From Psammoneis japonica (taxonomy: Eukaryota): 64,000 nt of DNA. Each line of letters opens with the position of its first letter. Within the stretch, counting starts at the first letter, position 1. The stretch covers positions 245,681 to 309,680 of the forward strand of contig QPGO01000095.1 of NCBI GenBank assembly GCA_008632985.1. The letters are read 5' to 3'. A program made the position numbers and the translations under genes. Shown here one piece after another: positions 58,900-64,000 of the stretch. A model generated the notes under the pieces. It did no database searches, was not told the origin of the DNA, and saw nothing but the letters and a program-made list of their open reading frames with translations.

Positions 58900-61422
58900 C
58901 TGAGCTCAAGGGTGGAGACAGTCCATCACATGCATGACTTTAACAGCTGGAGAAAGACTCATTGGTGTTACCACGATGAAAACAGTCACGAGCACCACTC
59001 AGCTGAAGCAGCCTTCAAGATGTTTCAACTCCTGATTCAACTGGTGTGTGGCACACCATGATCACTCCGTTTCGCGGTTGCGGGAACTGTGCTGGTCCCC
59101 AGAATCCCCAAGGAAGTGGAGCTTGTCATTGTCAAAATCAAAATGGCACCCAAGCCAATGGTGAATCCCAAGGCTGTGAAAATCCCACTGGAGCAGCTCC
59201 TCCTGGTGGTGGCTGGGCACATGTGAGTCCTGCCATTTTGATCAAGGAGGGTCTCGTGAGACATGAGGTGGAAATGGATGCAATCAAGGTGGTCATGCAA
59301 TGAAGTTGGCACAATTGACAAGGGACTGAAGTGCCTGAGTCAGAGCGTGTTGCCAAATCTTTTTGTGTTTCGTGTGGTTGTGAAAATTGTTTGTGCTTTG
59401 ATGTTGACGAGAGTGTGGGAGACCTGATGGAATCCCACACTGTGAATGAAAAGAGTTGGGTGGCGCTTTGCAGTGGCCTGCCACCAACCTAAAAACTGCA
59501 ACTCCCAAACCATTGAATGCGTGGTGCCTGCAATGTTGATGGCATCCTATGCAATTCAAAGCCAAGAGAGCAAGTGAGTGTTGAGTGTGCTTCTAGATTC
59601 TGGAGGTGCTGACACCCTTGTGCATTCTCGAGTTTTGCCTGAGGGAGCAAATCTAACAAGCTGGATGGTGCAAATCATCCCAACACATGGTGGATGGCAT
59701 TGCTGCGCAAGTGTTTGATTCCCTTCTGTGCAAGTGCAACATGATGTCGGGTCAAGATTTTCTTTCCAAGGAGGCTGGAATGGTGCTTGATTTCTGATTT
59801 GGAGTCACCAAGTGGTTGGATGTGTTGATCCCAATGAAGCAGTCCAATCATTGGAGTGTGGTGGTGCAGAATTGGCCAGACATGCTGGACAACCATGAAG
59901 ATGGCAATGAATTTGAAGAAGAACTGTTGGGCAAGAGCTGCGCATCGGACGCCAAATGTGAAAAGGTCTCCACTGAGAAGGTGGCTCAAGCTCAAACCCA
60001 TTTGACATCCAAACAGCACAACAAGCTACAAGCCGCACTTGAAAAGCATGAAACTCTTTTTGATGGTGCCCCTGGCAAATATCCATGTGAAACAGTTCAC
60101 TTGGAAGTTGATCCCAGCACCACTCCCTTCCATTCTAAAGCCTGTGAAGTGTCAAAGAACAACTAAGAAGCATTTAAAAAGGAGTTGCAACACCTTTGTG
60201 ATGTTGGCATGCTAGAGCCAGTTGGTCCAACCCAGTGGGCAGCTGGAGCCTTTGTTGCACCCAAAAAGGAGGATGGACACATGCAATGGGCACCCAACTT
60301 TTGAGAGCTTGACAAGGTCCTCAAATGCAAAATTTATCCTCTGCCAATCATTCAAGACATGACTCATCAATGATCGGGATGCAAGTGTTTGACCAAGTTG
60401 GATCTTGCTGTGTTCCATTGTCATGTTGAGCTTGATGAAGAGTCCAAGGACCCATGCACTGTTGTCACTCTGTTTGGAAAATTTGCCACTGTTGTCTTGC
60501 AATGGGATTGGAAACTTCGCCAGACATTGCTCAAGCCATCATTGAAAAAGTGGCAAATGGTCTCAATGTCGAGGCTTGTGTTGATGACATTGCCCAATTT
60601 GATGATTCATTTGATGCTCACATGTGTCATCTTGATGAGCTGTCATCCAAGCTGGAGGAGAATTGTCACAAGGTCAATCCACTCAAATGCAAGTGGTGTG
60701 TCCAATGGACTGATTTTCTGGGCCATTGGCTCACACCAACAGGAGTCCAACTGCAGAAGAAAAAAGCAGACATGGTGCTGCGAATGCAGCATCCATGCAT
60801 TGCAACACAACTGCGTTCTTTCATTGGTCCAGCAACCCATTGTTGCAACATGTGGCCATGCCATTCTCATCATGCACTCAATCCTCTTAAAAGCTCACAG
60901 GCAAGAGCAAATTGGAGTGGATGCCACAATGTCAACAAGCCTTCAAGGATGTGAAGACTTTCATGCTGGACAATGCTCTGTGGGCCTGTCCCAATCATGA
61001 AAAGCCTCTCCACATTTGCACTGATTCCTCAGACTGCCAGATGGGCAAAATGATCATGCAAGAAGGAAAACCGGTTGTGTGCTCCTGGTCCTGGAAGCTC
61101 AGCTCAGCACAGCAGAACCACTCTGCCATCAAAAAGGAACCACTTGCAGTGGTGATGTGCTTCACGGAGTTTTGCACAATGCTCCTTGGAGGCAACTACA
61201 CTGTTTTCATTGGTCATGAGAATCTCATCTTTCACAGCCTCAATTCTCAACGCACGTGTGCAGGTGGCAACTCTTCTTAAAAAAGACTTCACACCTGTGT
61301 TTGAGCACATTGACGGACAAGGACAATGTGTTGGCTGGTTGTTTTTCTTGATTGCCTTGCACAGATCCTCCCACGGAAGGGAAGTGTGCTCCTGATGAGG
61401 GCCAAATGACAGACTTCAAGGC
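58900..61422 (+). mobile_element. Decayed Ty3/Gypsy element (RT, RNase H)
   Basis: TKLDLAVFHCHVELDEESK, EACVDDI (~60577), KVNPLKCKW, FLGHWLT, HICTDSSDCQMG. Confidence 0.85.
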
Positions 61423-61423
61423 N

Positions 61424-62865
61424 AGCAACCCAATTCACAATCCGCAGTGTAGATTGGGTCATGTGGTCATCTGCTGAATCCAGCAGCACCTCTCTGTCTT
61501 TGGCCAAATGATCCTGTCTTTTGTTGTAAACAGCTGTGAGCTTGGCTTCTGCCTGATGTTGTAAAGATGATTTCCTTGAATCCGCGTCATGACCATGAAC
61601 CTTCTGATTGTGTTCTTCCCACAGTTCCCACCAGGACTTCCAAGTGCAGGTTCCCATGTGCACTCCCCACACCGGAGGAGGTCGATTCTCTTTCCTGTGT
61701 TTCTCCAACAGACCCGTCTCACAAAGATGCATCTCCTGAAACACATTCCAAAGGGTGGAGTGCCATCCGTTAAAAACTTGTCGCCATCCTGTTTCTGACT
61801 GGGCTTTCCACAGCGTTCGCAGCATTGGGGCAATGTCTGATTCATGCTGCATCTCACCTCTCAGCCATGTCTCAAGGGAAGTCAGCAGTGGATCGCGCAG
61901 AGGTGGCATTGTGTCAATTTTGTTGCAGTGTTTTTGTGAGCCCTGCAGGAATTTGTGACGCCAGGCCTTGTTGGCGGGGCATCTTAAAATGTGGTCACAA
62001 TCCTCCACAGGGTGTTTGCATGTGAGGCAATGATGTGGCCGCACAGGATTGCACCAATGAGTGATCTTGTTTGTTGGAAGGAGGTCGTGGATGAGTTTAA
62101 CCATGGACACATGTTTCTTGGAGTGCCTGCGCACCAATGTTGCATGGACCTTCCAGTCGATCTTTTCTGTGACAGATTCATCCCAATCATTTCTTTCCCG
62201 AACACATGCCAAGAGAGCAGGAGCCACAGCGGCACATCTGACCATGGATTTCATTCCTGCAGTGACCGTTCCATCGGCGAGGCAAAGGTGTGATTGACAA
62301 TGGGAAAGGAAGCACCTCCGGCCGTTGTGTCTGCGTCACATTGTCCTTGGCATCTTCCTGCCAACCCATCTGCATGTGCGTTGACTTGTGCATTCAGTGG
62401 GAGGGTCTCCACAGGAGCTTGTCTGTCCTGGTGTCCTTTCACCCAAGCTGTGGACAGTGCCTGCCCAGGGGAAGAAGGATTTGGAGCCTGAGGAATGGCT
62501 TCAAGCATCAAGTGTGTTTCATTGATGACATCCCAGTTGGATGAAAGAACATTGGCATCATGTTGTCGCAGACAAAAGTCTCTGTCGGAATGCTCTTGTG
62601 GTGACGGGTTGGTGGATGGGCGGCTGGAAGACAATCTGGAAAGGACATGGACCAAGGCCTTGTTGTCACACCAGTTGTCAACACCTTCATGCATTGACAT
62701 CTTGCAAAACTCCATCAGACAATGGATGGGCCGAGTCAGGGAGAGAAAACCGCAAGCCTCAGCCCAATGGGATGATGGCGAATGACCAAACACCGGACCA
62801 GCACAATCCACCAAGGGTCTGCCATTGAACGCAATCGTCCATCCGAAGGTTGCATCGTGATGAAG
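61424..62865 (-). mobile_element. Decayed 3' fragment of an RNase H-bearing non-LTR retrotransposon
   Basis: SSHWAEACG, WCDNKALV, WVKGHQD, QVNAHADGLA (RNase H); CLTC...EDCDHILRC zinc knuckle; QSETGW. Confidence 0.75.
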
Positions 62866-64000
62866 TCCTTGGAGGCAACTGCACTGTTTTCACTGATCAT
62901 GAGAATCTCACCTTTCACACCCTCAATTCTCAATGCATGTGTGCTCAGGTGGCAACTCTTCTTAGAAGACTTTGCACCTGCATTTGAGCACATTGACAGA
63001 CAAGGACAATGCGTTGGCTGATTGTTTTGCTTGATTGCCTCACATGGATCCTTCCATGGAAGAGAAGTGTGCTCCTGATGAGGGCAAGTTGACAGACTTC
63101 AAGGCAATCAACATTGCTGTGTCACCTCATGAAGAGGATGAAGAAACTGACAAGCATGTGCCAGTGTGCCATTTTGCTTGTCAATGTGAAGAACCTTCTC
63201 ATTTTTGTTCTTTTTTGTGGATGATCCTGAGTTGTTTCAATCTTTGCTGAACCATCCATCCCTTGACGAGATGCAGAATCCTGCCACCACCCAATGGATC
63301 CAGGAACACCAGTTTGTTGACGTGGAGTTGAGTGACATGCACCAACAGCACCCAAGTTGTTTTGTTGTGGAACATGTGAGTCATTGTCCCATGATCTGTT
63401 CCTGTTCTCAGCCGAGTGATCACCCGACAACTGTCCCACGATTTGTTGCCCTTCTCAGCCAAATGATCCCCTGACTCCATGGAAAATTTGCACTCTCTTC
63501 AGCTCTGTGTTGAAAAGTGTTTGCCAAGAACAAGACCCCATCATCCAGTTGTGACTCTGTCCTCCACAGCTGGCAGAGAGTTCTCAAGAAACATTTTTTC
63601 TCCCTGGCACTGGAGAGCTGGCATGATTTTGAACCCAGCTCTCTGAATTGCAGAAGGGCCAGCTGCTGTTTTGGGCATGAACTGTCTGAAAACATTTGCT
63701 TGGCACAGTGCCCAATTGATCATGTCACACTGCCAGATCCAGGCGCAAAGTGAAGACAGCTCAGCTGTGCTCTGTGTCACCAAAAATCCATGTGAAGTGC
63801 TCTTGGATTGAGGTCATTTGTCAATCTGCTTTGTGTTCTTGCACCCTTGGCCTTGGCTCCATCTTGACCCTGTGGTCAACCAATCATTCCAAAAAAATGT
63901 TGCGTGGCAGAGAAACATGCCATTTGTTTGCTGCACCCCACATGTCTTGTTGACAAGGTGCCCAGCCACAAAAATTGCTGAGAGCATTTGCACAGCTTCC
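62866..64000 (+). mobile_element. Decayed Gypsy RNase H-integrase region, continuing past the window end
   Basis: 62866-63105 repeats 61184-61422; the sequence that follows has a WQEV..DLIGPW-like integrase remnant (~63700). Confidence 0.7.

Noticed and set aside
61184..63105. ~240-bp duplication flanking the LINE fragment as a giant target-site duplication
   Set aside because: The left copy ends exactly at an N (61423), which suggests a contig join. The copies are diverged and may be two separate Gypsy copies or haplotypes.

Overview
Eukaryotic nuclear DNA, most likely from a pennate diatom (short GT-AG introns, CoDi-type Copia elements, a plastid FBPase with a bipartite signal/'AF' leader, diatom-style Cys-rich secreted proteins). 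Positions 1-21.3 kb and 54.4-58.7 kb are ordinary host genes: two trypsins, a Cys-rich repeat protein, FBPase, a UBL-domain protein, a TLC protein, UBC13 and an F-box/LON-domain protein. Positions ~18.7-54.9 kb hold three copies of a unit [membrane-protein gene - ankyrin gene - UBC13 3' part]. The unit is invaded by nested transposons: a Dada-like DDE element with a 3'-5' exonuclease, a full-length Copia with both LTRs and a TSD, a Gypsy inside a LINE, a second Copia and a ~187-bp satellite. More Gypsy/LINE remnants fill 58.9-64 kb. The main signal is a strand-symmetric hypermutation of transposon-rich DNA that converts TpA to TpG/CpA (A:T->G:C), the reverse of fungal RIP. Nearly every conserved Tyr in the retroelements has become Cys or His (YVDD->CVDD), and 13 of 18 differences between the Copia LTRs are TA<->TG/CA. 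It appears to outpace CpG decay, spreads in gradients across element borders, and spares nearby duplicated intact genes. Many host genes carry single-base indels that look like long-read consensus errors, so the signature should be confirmed with accurate reads.
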